The notes under the pieces are model-generated. The model was not told where the DNA came from and made no database searches. It worked only from the letters and a program-made list of their open reading frames with translations. This document shows positions 29,735 to 39,122 of a stretch of 64,000 nt of DNA, piece by piece (positions within the stretch are counted from its first letter, which is position 1; each line of letters starts with the position of its first letter). This stretch comes from Pyrodictiaceae archaeon (lineage in GTDB: Archaea; Thermoproteota; Thermoprotei_A; Sulfolobales; Pyrodictiaceae). The position numbers and the translations under genes were made by a program. Where the stretch lies: assembly GCA_027036135.1 (NCBI GenBank), contig JALVSY010000007.1, forward strand, positions 1,028,880-1,092,879, in the 5' to 3' direction.

Positions 29735-30758
29735 CGAGACTTGGAGCTATAAGCGAGCTGGCATCGACCTAGATAAGCATAGCTTGATGCACGACCAAGC
29801 GCTAAGAGCCATAGAAAATGTTGCAGCGCACCTAGGGGTAAGGATAGGTGGGCTTGGCGGCTATGCGGCTTGGCTCCGATTAGGTAATCGGAGAATAGCA
29901 CTGCACATGGATGGCGTCGGTACAAAGACCCTGGTACTCGAGAGCACGGGTAAGCTCTGGGTCGCAGGATGGGACTGCGTAGCTATGAACGTAAACGACC
30001 TAGCTGTTGCAGGGTTTAGGCCCCTAGCTCTCGTAGACTATGTAGCCATGCCTAGTAGCGACGAGGAAGCCTTCGCGGAGATTATCCGAGGCCTCGCTGA
30101 GGCCTCGAAGAAGGCTCATGTAGCAATACTTGGTGGGGAGACAGCGATACTACCAGACCTAGCGAGGGGAATAGATGTTGTCTGTACTGTACTAGGAGAA
30201 GCACTTAGCACAGACTATCGTGGCCAAGCGGAGCCAGGCGATGTACTTATAGGTGTTGAGAGCAACGGGCTACACGCCAACGGGTACACATTGGCTAGGA
30301 AGATCCTAGAGCAGCGCTTCGGAGACTACAAGGCCACTTACAAGGGCATCAACTTCGGAGAGGAGCTATCCAGGCCTACATACATCTACTCGAACCTAGT
30401 AATTGAGGCTATAGAGAAGGGACTTATCCATGCAGCTGCCCACATAACTGGTGGCGCATATACCAAGCTACGTAGAATACTCGGAGAAAACACGTACGCG
30501 GAGATAAACGCCCCAAAGCCTCCCCGCGTCTTCCAAGCACTTATGGAGCTAGGCAACATAGAGTCGGAGGAGATGTACCGCGTCTTCAACATGGGTATAG
30601 GCCTAATCTTTTCATCGCCTCCCGATAAAGTACCCAGGCTCAAACAAGTAATCAAGGAGCATGGGTTCAGACATTTTCTCATAGGTAGTGTTCGTACAGG
30701 CTCGCCTAGAATAATAATTAATACCCCTTGGGGCGAAAGAATTGAGTACAAGATATGA
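29727..30758 (+). CDS. purM: AIR synthase
   Basis: DGVGTK, GGETA, SNGLHANG, HITGG and FNMGIG motifs. Confidence 0.96.
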   Translation: MSSETWSYKRAGIDLDKHSLMHDQALRAIENVAAHLGVRIGGLGGYAAWLRLGNRRIALHMDGVGTKTLVLESTGKLWVAGWDCVAMNVNDLAVAGFRPLALVDYVAMPSSDEEAFAEIIRGLAEASKKAHVAILGGETAILPDLARGIDVVCTVLGEALSTDYRGQAEPGDVLIGVESNGLHANGYTLARKILEQRFGDYKATYKGINFGEELSRPTYIYSNLVIEAIEKGLIHAAAHITGGAYTKLRRILGENTYAEINAPKPPRVFQALMELGNIESEEMYRVFNMGIGLIFSSPPDKVPRLKQVIKEHGFRHFLIGSVRTGSPRIIINTPWGERIEYKI

Positions 30759-31851
30759 TCCAGAAGAACTACTTAGGGGCTATGACTACTCATCACTAAG
30801 CATAGCTGCTATCGCGAGCCACTCTGCTCTCGACGTCTTTGATGGGGCGAAAGACGAGGCATTCTATACTATAGCTATTTGTCAGAGGGGGCGGGAGAAA
30901 CCCTACACGAGGTTCAAGAGAGTAGTCGATAAAGTGATTGTGCTGGAGAGGTTCAAAGACGTACTGAGAGAAGAGAACATCGAGTTCCTACGGAAAAGAA
31001 GCGCAATAATGGTGCCCAATAGGAGCTTTGCGGTCTACGTCGGCTATGACGATATCGAGAAGAGCTTCCCCGTCCCTATATTTGGTAACCGCTACCTCCT
31101 ACGCTACGAGGAGCGAACAAGTGAAAAGAACTACTACAAGCTACTCGACACGGCGGGAATAAGGAGGCCCAAGACATTCCGAAACCCGGATGAGATAGAT
31201 CGCCCAGTTCTCGTAAAGATGCCCCACGCCCGTAAACGTGTCGAGAGGGGCTTCTTCGTAGCACTAGATAGAGACGATTTCTGGAAGAAATTCCACCAGC
31301 TTGAGAGAGACGGCGTCGTGCGGAGAGAAGACCTAAGGAGTGCATCAATAGAAGAGCTAATCATTGGAGCCCACTTCAACGTAAACTACTTCCATAGTAT
31401 TGCTAGAAAGGATACAGAAATACTCAGCATTGATAGAAGGATACAGACAAACCTTGACGGTTTCTTACGCTTAACAGCCGATACTCAACTCGAGTTGCTC
31501 AAAATAATGGACGTAGAGTACATAGAGATAGGCCATGAACCGGCCACGATAAGAGAGAGAATGCTAACAAAGCTATTCGAAATAGGCGATGCCTTTGTAG
31601 AAGCAACAAAGAGGTTAGAACCACCTGGGATCATAGGCCCCTTCACGCTACAACTAATGGTTACACCCGACCTAGATGTGGTAGTGTTCGATGTCGCGAC
31701 ACGGATAGGAGGCGGTACAAACATATACATGGGGATTGGTAGCCAGTACAGCAAGCTCTACTTCGGGAAACCAATCAGCATGGGTAGGAGAATAGCACTA
31801 GAGATACACATGTGCCTCGAAAGAGACTGCTTAGACAAGATAATTACCTAG
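30742..31851 (+). CDS. purP: PurP-family ATP-grasp protein (copy 1)
   Basis: [21 protein letters not shown] and RIGGGTN motifs. Confidence 0.85.
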   Translation: MSTRYDPEELLRGYDYSSLSIAAIASHSALDVFDGAKDEAFYTIAICQRGREKPYTRFKRVVDKVIVLERFKDVLREENIEFLRKRSAIMVPNRSFAVYVGYDDIEKSFPVPIFGNRYLLRYEERTSEKNYYKLLDTAGIRRPKTFRNPDEIDRPVLVKMPHARKRVERGFFVALDRDDFWKKFHQLERDGVVRREDLRSASIEELIIGAHFNVNYFHSIARKDTEILSIDRRIQTNLDGFLRLTADTQLELLKIMDVEYIEIGHEPATIRERMLTKLFEIGDAFVEATKRLEPPGIIGPFTLQLMVTPDLDVVVFDVATRIGGGTNIYMGIGSQYSKLYFGKPISMGRRIALEIHMCLERDCLDKIIT

Positions 31852-31877
31852 CATAACCAGCCAAGAGGGCTGGGAGC

Positions 31878-32297
31878 ATGCAGTGCAGGGATGCACGCGT
31901 TGCCATTGTGATAGGGAGCCAAAAGGATATTGAGTACGCCGAAAAGGCAGCAACCATACTAAGGAACAGCAACGTATCTGTTGAGGTGAGAGTACTAAGT
32001 GCACATAGATCTCCAAGGGAGCTTGACAAGTTCATAGAGGAGCATGACAACGAGATAGACCTCTACATAGCTATGGCAGGGTTATCAGCAGCTCTACCAG
32101 GCTACATTGCGGCAAGAACTCAGAAGCCAGTAATAGGCGTACCATTACCCGTTGGTCCCTTAAACGGTATCGATGCCCTCTTATCAATAGTGCAAATGCC
32201 GCGAGGTGTACCAGTGGCAGGTGTTGGGATAGGCTCAGCAGAGAACTCGGCACACTTAGCACTACGAATACTCAGGCTCGCAGGCAAGTGCAAATAA
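31878..32297 (+). CDS. purE: AIR carboxylase / N5-CAIR mutase
   Basis: SAHRSP, AGLSAALPG and SIVQMPRGVPV motifs. Confidence 0.95.
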   Translation: MQCRDARVAIVIGSQKDIEYAEKAATILRNSNVSVEVRVLSAHRSPRELDKFIEEHDNEIDLYIAMAGLSAALPGYIAARTQKPVIGVPLPVGPLNGIDALLSIVQMPRGVPVAGVGIGSAENSAHLALRILRLAGKCK

Positions 32298-33385
32298 CTC
32301 GTTATCACCGGTGCACAGCATTGACTATAGGCAGAGAGATAATAGGGGGTTATGACAAGGACAAGATATCAGTGGCGGTCATAGCTAGTCATAGTGCTCT
32401 ACAAATACTCCACGGAGCTAAGAAGGAGGGACTACGAACAGTACTAGTCACTACAAGGGAGCGCTTAGCTCTTTACAGAGAGTTCAGCCACCTCATAGAC
32501 AAGGTAATAGTCGTAGACAAGTGGAGAAACATCTGCAACAAAGACGCAGCTACCTCCCTCCGTAGGCTCAACTCGATACTCATCCCACACGGGAGCTTCG
32601 TGGAATACGTTGGCCCCGATTGCGCTGAGAGAATAGAACTCCCCATATTTGGTCTAAGATCCTTGGTACGGGTGGAGGCAAGCCAATGGGAAAAGATAGG
32701 GCTCCTAAGACGAGCAGGAATACCTACGCCGAGGACATATAGCATCGGCGAAGAAATCGATAGGATAGTCATAGTGAAGCTACCTGGGGCAAAAGGAGGC
32801 AAAGGATACTTCATCGCGAAGGACGGCGAAGAGATAGCCAAGAGGCTAAGCATACTCGTAGAGCAAGGCCTACTAAAAGACGCAGCGGACGCAATAATAC
32901 AGGAGTACGTCATAGGTGTACCAGCCTACTACCACTACTTCTACAGCCCCCTACTAGACCGAGTAGAACTAATGGGAGCAGACATACGCTACGAGACAAA
33001 TGTTGACGGCCTACGCCGCTTACCACCAAGCCTCATAGGTAGCGCCGATCCCTCATTCGTAGTTGTAGGCAACATACCACTCGTCATGAGGGAAAGCCTC
33101 CTGCCAAGAATACTTGACTACGGGAGAAAATTCGTTAAACAGACACGGAGAGACCTACCACCCGGCATTATAGGTCCATTCAGCCTCGAGAGCATAGTCA
33201 CACCGAGCCTAGAGATAAAGGTGTTCGAGTTCTCTGGCAGAATAGTAGCGGGCACAAACCTCTACATAAACGGTAGCCCATATAGCTGGCTCTACTGGGA
33301 CGAGCCAATGAGCACGGGCAGGAGAATAGCCCGGGAAATCAAAATAGCACTAGAGAAAGACAAGCTCTCAAAGATAGTGACGTAA
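32288..33385 (+). CDS. purP: PurP-family FAICAR synthetase (copy 2); start probably 32321
   Basis: [21 protein letters not shown] and RIVAGTN motifs. Confidence 0.88.
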   Translation: MQITRYHRCTALTIGREIIGGYDKDKISVAVIASHSALQILHGAKKEGLRTVLVTTRERLALYREFSHLIDKVIVVDKWRNICNKDAATSLRRLNSILIPHGSFVEYVGPDCAERIELPIFGLRSLVRVEASQWEKIGLLRRAGIPTPRTYSIGEEIDRIVIVKLPGAKGGKGYFIAKDGEEIAKRLSILVEQGLLKDAADAIIQEYVIGVPAYYHYFYSPLLDRVELMGADIRYETNVDGLRRLPPSLIGSADPSFVVVGNIPLVMRESLLPRILDYGRKFVKQTRRDLPPGIIGPFSLESIVTPSLEIKVFEFSGRIVAGTNLYINGSPYSWLYWDEPMSTGRRIAREIKIALEKDKLSKIVT

Positions 33386-33450
33386 GAGCAATACCCTTGA
33401 GTTATTCTTTTCAAGCTATGTATCCTAGGTGTCCCTGCCTGGTGTAGAGG

Positions 33451-34791
33451 GTGCGCTACGCTGTCATCCTTGCTGCTGGGTGGGGTGAGCGGCTCTGGCC
33501 TATTACTAGTACTCGGCCTAAGCCCCTTGTGCCGCTGCCTGGCGGCGAGACTCTGCTTACTAGGCTTATGCGCCAGCTTCGGGGCCTTGTTGACGGGTTC
33601 CTTGTTGTTGTCCGGGGAGATGAGTTCGGTGACATGGTGAGAAGAAGTGTTGTATCAGCTGGTTTTAGCGTGTATTTCGCTGTCCAGGAAGAGCCCCGGG
33701 GTACTGGTGATGCAGCCCGTGTCGGTGTTGAGGCCCTCCCCCGGGGGGTTGACGAGGTCCTAGTGGTTAATGGAGACCTTCTTGTAAGTGATGAGTTACT
33801 GAGAGCTGTGGCTGAGACGGGTTCCCCGAGCCTTGTGGGGGTTCCTAGCGATGAGCCCTGGAACTACGGGGTACTCCTTGAGCATAATGGTTGTCTTAGC
33901 TCTATCCGCGAGAAGCCAAGTGATGCCCCTAGGGGCTCTCTCATCAATACCGGGGTATACTTGCTTCCCAGGAACGAGCTAGAAGAGGCATTACAGGGCA
34001 TAAGGCCTAGTCCTCGCGGCGAGCTAGAGATAACTGATGCAGTGACGCTCCTCGCCAGGAGGATGTGCATAAGGGTTGTGAAGGGCTCTGGCTTCTGGCT
34101 AGATATTGGTAGGCCCTGGGATCTCTTCGAGGCCTATAAGCTCCTTTGGCGCGAACGATTCGGCGACAGCAGTCAAGCAGTGGTAGAGGGCGAGGTAGAG
34201 AGCACAGCTGTTATCCATGGCCCCGTCTACGTAGCGGAGGGCGCAGTTATTCGTAGTCATAGTGTCGTGGAGGGTCCTGCCTGGATAGAGGGCGAGGTAG
34301 GCCCCTTTGCCAGGATAAGGCCCTGGAGCTTCCTACTGAGAGAGAGCAGGGCAGCAACACACACCGAGGTGAAGGCCTCAATACTGATGATGAGGGCGAA
34401 GGCCCCTCACCTAAACTATGTGGGTGACAGTATCCTCGGGGAGGACGTGAACCTCGGGGCAGGAACCATTACAGCAAACCTGCGCTTCGATCATCGCAGC
34501 GTAAAGGTGAACCTCAAGGGGAAGAGAATAGATACGGGGCGTAACAAGCTCGGAGCAATAGTAGGCGACAGGGCCCAGACAGGGATCAATGTCTCGCTCT
34601 TCCCAGGTGTGCGTATCGGGGCCTATTCGTGGATAAACCCAGGACTAGTCGTTGACCGAGACATCGCTGACTGTGTCCACCTAAGAAACGGTTACGAAGT
34701 ACGCGATCTCAGGGAGAGGCTTGGGTGCCCACAGTATGTATTACGAGCTCGCGACAAGGTGTCTAAGTGGCTAACGGGGTACAAACCATAG
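33451..34791 (+). CDS. glmU: Bifunctional sugar-1-phosphate nucleotidylyl/acetyltransferase (archaeal GlmU-like)
   Basis: LAAGWGERLWP...PKPL motif; left-handed beta-helix with HLNYVGDS and GAGTITAN. Confidence 0.85.
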   Translation: MRYAVILAAGWGERLWPITSTRPKPLVPLPGGETLLTRLMRQLRGLVDGFLVVVRGDEFGDMVRRSVVSAGFSVYFAVQEEPRGTGDAARVGVEALPRGVDEVLVVNGDLLVSDELLRAVAETGSPSLVGVPSDEPWNYGVLLEHNGCLSSIREKPSDAPRGSLINTGVYLLPRNELEEALQGIRPSPRGELEITDAVTLLARRMCIRVVKGSGFWLDIGRPWDLFEAYKLLWRERFGDSSQAVVEGEVESTAVIHGPVYVAEGAVIRSHSVVEGPAWIEGEVGPFARIRPWSFLLRESRAATHTEVKASILMMRAKAPHLNYVGDSILGEDVNLGAGTITANLRFDHRSVKVNLKGKRIDTGRNKLGAIVGDRAQTGINVSLFPGVRIGAYSWINPGLVVDRDIADCVHLRNGYEVRDLRERLGCPQYVLRARDKVSKWLTGYKP

Positions 34792-34857
34792 ACCCTAGGA
34801 AGTACATCTTCGGTTCTCCTTATCAAGGTTCTTCGCAATGCGGAATGCTAATTTACG

Positions 34858-35706
34858 CTATTTCTTATACATTTGATATAGTTTTTCTACAAGAATCCTT
34901 GCCGGGTTAATACCTGTAGCCCTCATGAAACCTTTGAACTCTGGTACTGCATTGACCTCGTTTACTAAGAGACCATCCTTTGTCTGAAACAAGTCTACTG
35001 AGACAAAGAACCCTTTTACAGCTGCGGCGGCTCTTAGGGAAAGATCCTCTACCTCGTTTGTGGGCTTATAGGGTTTCGTGTCAGCACCCAGAGCCACGTT
35101 GCTTCGCCATTCCCTCTGCTTAGCTCTCCTCTCTATGCAGCCAACAAGCTCTTCCTCGATAACGATGCATCTAATATCCTTATTACCGGTATCTACATAT
35201 TTTTGCATGATAATTATCTTTTGATGAGGGGTCCTCATGGCCTCCCGGTGTGCCAGTACATATTCAAGCTCTCTAGCACTTCTAATTCTCGTTACAAGCC
35301 GCCCCCAGCTACCAAGAGGAGGCTTAACTACTAGGGGCACGCCCAGCTCCCTGAGAGCTGTTCTTGCAGTATTATGTGCAAAAGCTATGAGCGTCGGAGG
35401 CAAAGGAAGCTTGTGTGCAGCAAGACGAGTATAAGTTAATACCTTATCTCCGGAGAAAATTATGGTCTCTGATGAATTAATTACGAGTGAGCCTTTTGCC
35501 TCATAAAGTGCGGCAGCATAAGCGGCATTTAGCATAGATATGGGTCGAATAATAGCAATTGATGCCATGTAATCATTTGACCCGATTTTAGGTGCTACCT
35601 CACGTAGGTTAACAATGCTTATTTTGCTCTCCGAAAATCTTTCCTTGAGTGCTGATATTATTAGTTGCTCCTCGGCCCGAATGATATCAAGAACAACGTC
35701 AATCAA
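34858..35706 (-). CDS. lysX: LysX/ArgX/RimK-family ATP-grasp ligase
   Basis: KPPLGSWGR, DIR, WRSNVALG and NEVNAVPEF motifs. Confidence 0.8.
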   Translation of the reverse strand: MIDVVLDIIRAEEQLIISALKERFSESKISIVNLREVAPKIGSNDYMASIAIIRPISMLNAAYAAALYEAKGSLVINSSETIIFSGDKVLTYTRLAAHKLPLPPTLIAFAHNTARTALRELGVPLVVKPPLGSWGRLVTRIRSARELEYVLAHREAMRTPHQKIIIMQKYVDTGNKDIRCIVIEEELVGCIERRAKQREWRSNVALGADTKPYKPTNEVEDLSLRAAAAVKGFFVSVDLFQTKDGLLVNEVNAVPEFKGFMRATGINPARILVEKLYQMYKK

Positions 35707-35846
35707 TTCAATACATCACCCATGCCGGTACTAATATGGTTTGCAGTGTCTCACACCAGGTTACTACCCATGTAGCACTTCTCAGTACTTGCGGCCTCAG
35801 TTCCACTCGTTAAACCTGGTGCACTAGATGATTCAGATGATTATAG
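35707..35846 (-). promoter_or_regulatory. TATA box, direct repeat and structured 5' leader of the lysX-like gene
   Basis: Minus strand: AAAAACTATAAT, AATCATCT twice, then a 9-bp stem CACCAGGTT/AACCTGGTG enclosing AGTACT-GAGA-AGTGCT. Confidence 0.45.
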
Positions 35847-36069
35847 TTTTTGTCTTATTTAGACCTAAGTGAAGCAAAAATGTCAGCCAGGGGAGGTAAT
35901 GGAACAAACTTGCGTTATTTTACCGAAAATTAAGCTATGTAGGGTGCGAAACCAGCCCGCTCTTTGTGGTAAAGATTCTTAAGAGGCTGTACAAGAATCC
36001 TATTAAGACTCCGAGTCTTTGGGAACTATTAGGAAAGTGAAGACGCTGAGAGCTTGAGAGGGCGGTAAT

Positions 36070-37593
36070 ATGCTCAGCGTAATGGGTCTCCCCTTTGCAA
36101 TGGCTACTCAGCATCCAGATTCCGTTAGCCGGGGTTTCACGGCACAAGATGAGGTAAATGAAGCTATTGAGGATTTGCTTCCACTAAGCGAAGGAGGTCA
36201 TGGATGCGACGAGAAAATGGTGGATTATGAAGGGAAGCTTACTCCATATCATCAGATGAAGTGGATAGTTCATGAAGCACTCCAAGTAGGGCTTGAGCCT
36301 AGTAAGGATTTCCTTTTAACTCCTCGTGTACCAAACGATAGGTTGGAGGGTATCGAGAGGCAATTACTGGTACTACTAGGGGCTATGAGTGCAAATAAGC
36401 TGAGCATAGCTAGTGCAGGTGAGCAAGCAATAAGGTATATTATTCATCCAATGAGTGAGACTCCTTACGAACTCCTCGTTCTCCAGCGGCGCATTGTTCG
36501 TGTGCAGAGACTTGCTGAGGAAGAGCTGGGATTAAGCGGCACCCGTCCATTGATGATTATACCGCTCATAGAGGATGTAGTAAAACATTTCCATGCAGAT
36601 AAGCTGCTTGAAGGCTTTCACGCAACGGTTCATAGAGAGTATGGTATTCTCTATGATCATTACCGGGTCTTGCTAGGTAAAAGTGATGCTGCTCTAAACT
36701 ATGGTCACTTAGCATCGAGTATAAGCATTATAGTAGCTCTTTCCAAGCTTTACCGTTGGGGTAGCAGGGAAGGTGTCCGCGTATACCCGATCCTGGGTGT
36801 TGGCAAGCCTCCTTTTCGTGGCCATTTAGCACCGGAGAGCGTGGATGTATTTGTTAATCAATATAGTGGCTACTATACTGTTACAATTCAGTCAGCTTTG
36901 CGTTATGATACGCCTCGCCAAGGCTATACAAGGGTTCTCAATGTTCTCCGTGACAATGTTGGGCATAGGCCATGGGATCTGAGCACTGATGAGGAATACA
37001 TCCTCATGGAAGCAGCACGGCTAGCCACTCGTGCCTACTTAGACTTGTTGCTTAGGATGGCGGAGCACATACTAGTTGTTTCACGGTATATCCCTGGAAG
37101 AAGAGATAGGGTGTCCACTGAGCAGTATGGGAGGAACATCATAGCCCCTCTTGCTTTCTCTTCCTATACCGGAATAGTGCCTCAACAGCTCGTTTTACCC
37201 AGAGCGATAAAGTTTACTGCATCCCTTTACACCATGGGTATGCCCCCGGCCCTAATAGGGCTTGGGCGAGGACTACGAATGGTGGAAAAGGAGCTAGGTG
37301 ATCACGCATTAGAGCTTATTATTAAGACTCTTCCAATGCTTCGAGCTGATGCAGAGTTCGAGCTTCGCTTCTTCTATCCAACTATAGCTAGAAGCTATAT
37401 AGGGGAGAAAGCATTAAAGCTTCTTCTTAGCGATGTAGAAGAGGTTCAAGAACTACTCAGCGTTAGTGCTGAGCCTATAGAGGAGTACGAAAAACTTCTC
37501 ATAGATACTCGCAAGTACGTTGTGGCAGGGGATGCCGAGAGGGCTGTCAAGCTTATCGAGAAGGCAGCCAGTATCCGGGGAGCATTAGGCTGA
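36070..37593 (+). CDS. ppcA: Archaeal-type phosphoenolpyruvate carboxylase
   Basis: MATQHPD, DYEGK, KSDAA, PPFRG, TIQSA and LPRAI motifs. Confidence 0.92.
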   Translation: MLSVMGLPFAMATQHPDSVSRGFTAQDEVNEAIEDLLPLSEGGHGCDEKMVDYEGKLTPYHQMKWIVHEALQVGLEPSKDFLLTPRVPNDRLEGIERQLLVLLGAMSANKLSIASAGEQAIRYIIHPMSETPYELLVLQRRIVRVQRLAEEELGLSGTRPLMIIPLIEDVVKHFHADKLLEGFHATVHREYGILYDHYRVLLGKSDAALNYGHLASSISIIVALSKLYRWGSREGVRVYPILGVGKPPFRGHLAPESVDVFVNQYSGYYTVTIQSALRYDTPRQGYTRVLNVLRDNVGHRPWDLSTDEEYILMEAARLATRAYLDLLLRMAEHILVVSRYIPGRRDRVSTEQYGRNIIAPLAFSSYTGIVPQQLVLPRAIKFTASLYTMGMPPALIGLGRGLRMVEKELGDHALELIIKTLPMLRADAEFELRFFYPTIARSYIGEKALKLLLSDVEEVQELLSVSAEPIEEYEKLLIDTRKYVVAGDAERAVKLIEKAASIRGALG

Positions 37594-38271
37594 GGATGTG
37601 ACAAGGCTCCCTATGTTGGCCCCTCTTACTGCCCGCAAGATGTTCTCGGGCTCGGATCCATTAACTATGCGTGCAGGTATCCCGCTCCGCTCTAGGACTG
37701 TTATCGCTAAGGGGTCTAGTAGCTCGTAGTGACCAGGCTCAACGCTCTGCGAGAGAACCCTCCTTAGCTCGGCATAGGTTAGCCTCGGTATGAGCTTGGC
37801 CCCTGGCTCCCTCCTCGGGTCAGCAGTATATACGCCGTCAACGGTTGTTGCCAGAACTAGCATCTTGGCGCTCAGCGCCTCTGCTAAGAGGGCAGCGACG
37901 CCTGCCGTGCTCTGCCCAGGCTGAAACCCCCCAGCGACTATTATCTTCCCAGTGGCGGCTACCCGTAGCGCCTCCCATAGACTCCTCGGTGGCTCCGGGT
38001 AGGCCTCGGGATAGAGCGCCGCTATGAGGAGACGTGCATTGAGCCTCGCAGCCTCTATGCCAAGTATATCTAGGAACCCTCTATTCACGCCAGCTTTCGC
38101 TGCGGCCTCTATGTAGCTGCGCGCAATCCTACCTCCACCCACGACTATGGCTACTCGGTACTCGTCCACGAGGCGGCGAATAACCGAGACATAGCGGGGC
38201 AGTGCATCAGCCTTCTCGGGGTTAATGTGCTTCCCACTAATCTTAACAACTAGCCACGGCTTTCTCGACAA
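37585..38271 (-). CDS. pyrH: UMP kinase
   Basis: VVKISG, VGGG, PGQST and VDGVYTADP motifs. Confidence 0.93.
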   Translation of the reverse strand: MSRKPWLVVKISGKHINPEKADALPRYVSVIRRLVDEYRVAIVVGGGRIARSYIEAAAKAGVNRGFLDILGIEAARLNARLLIAALYPEAYPEPPRSLWEALRVAATGKIIVAGGFQPGQSTAGVAALLAEALSAKMLVLATTVDGVYTADPRREPGAKLIPRLTYAELRRVLSQSVEPGHYELLDPLAITVLERSGIPARIVNGSEPENILRAVRGANIGSLVTSSA

Positions 38272-38374
38272 GCCCTAGCCCACATAAACAAGACTAGTAG
38301 CAATACTACCTAGTATTTTAAGTCACCTCTTATCTGCACTAGCCCGGAATAGTGTTAGAGTTATTCTTGCCCAG

Positions 38375-38983
38375 TTAGATAACATACTCTATATTACAGC
38401 GTCTTAGCCTCTCAACAAGCTCCTCGAGCACGCGGAGACTCATGCCCCAGATAACGTCGCCGTACCAGGTCTTATAGCCCTCTACTAGTGTGCCGCGAAA
38501 CCTGTGCATCAGTAGCCTCTTCTCCACGCGGAAGGGTAGGGGAACAAGAGTTAGCCGCCTAGTCTCCTCCGAACTACACTGCCTAAGAGTCTCGACGGGG
38601 CAGTGCCTCGTCCTGAGCACGGAGACAACGGGAACGACGCGAACAGTTATGCGCTTAGGAGAAGCAGCGGGGAGGAAGCCTAGTATCTCAAAGCTGCTTG
38701 GCTCTAGGCAGGTCTCCTCATAGGCTTCTCGGAGAGCCGTGTCCAGGGGCGAGGAATCGCTTGGCTCCCGATGCCCCCCGGGGAAGGCCATGTCGCCTGC
38801 CCAGGGGTCTCGGGGGTCAAGACTACGCTCGATCATTATTACCCGTGGCCCAGCGTAGCAGCACAAAGAAACCATTATTGCTGCATCAAACTCGCTTAGT
38901 GGGGGGTTGCTTAATAAACACTCCTTGAGCCTAGTAAGGGTATCGCAGAGACATGCTCTACTGAGCACAGCTATTACCTGCAA
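38375..38983 (-). CDS. Nudix hydrolase, CoA pyrophosphatase-like
   Basis: WAGDMAFPGG...TALREAYEE and IWGMS motifs. Confidence 0.85.
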   Translation of the reverse strand: MQVIAVLSRACLCDTLTRLKECLLSNPPLSEFDAAIMVSLCCYAGPRVIMIERSLDPRDPWAGDMAFPGGHREPSDSSPLDTALREAYEETCLEPSSFEILGFLPAASPKRITVRVVPVVSVLRTRHCPVETLRQCSSEETRRLTLVPLPFRVEKRLLMHRFRGTLVEGYKTWYGDVIWGMSLRVLEELVERLRRCNIEYVI

Positions 38984-39025
38984 CCGGGCTCTATTATGTT
39001 GATTGGGTTGTTTGCCTTGATAGGA

Positions 39026-39089
39026 TGCTCAGCGGGTCCACTATCTTCATGCCCCTCCGGGGGTCTAGCCCGCCACATTCATCACGGCA
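39026..39089 (-). ncRNA. C/D-box sRNA candidate
   Basis: tgcc-GTGATGA(C)-atgtggcggg-CTAGA(D')-hairpin-ATGAAGA(C')-tagtggacccg-CTGA(D)-gca. Confidence 0.7.
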
Positions 39090-39122
39090 CACAAATTAGT
39101 ATCCTTGCTCTCCCTTGTAGGG

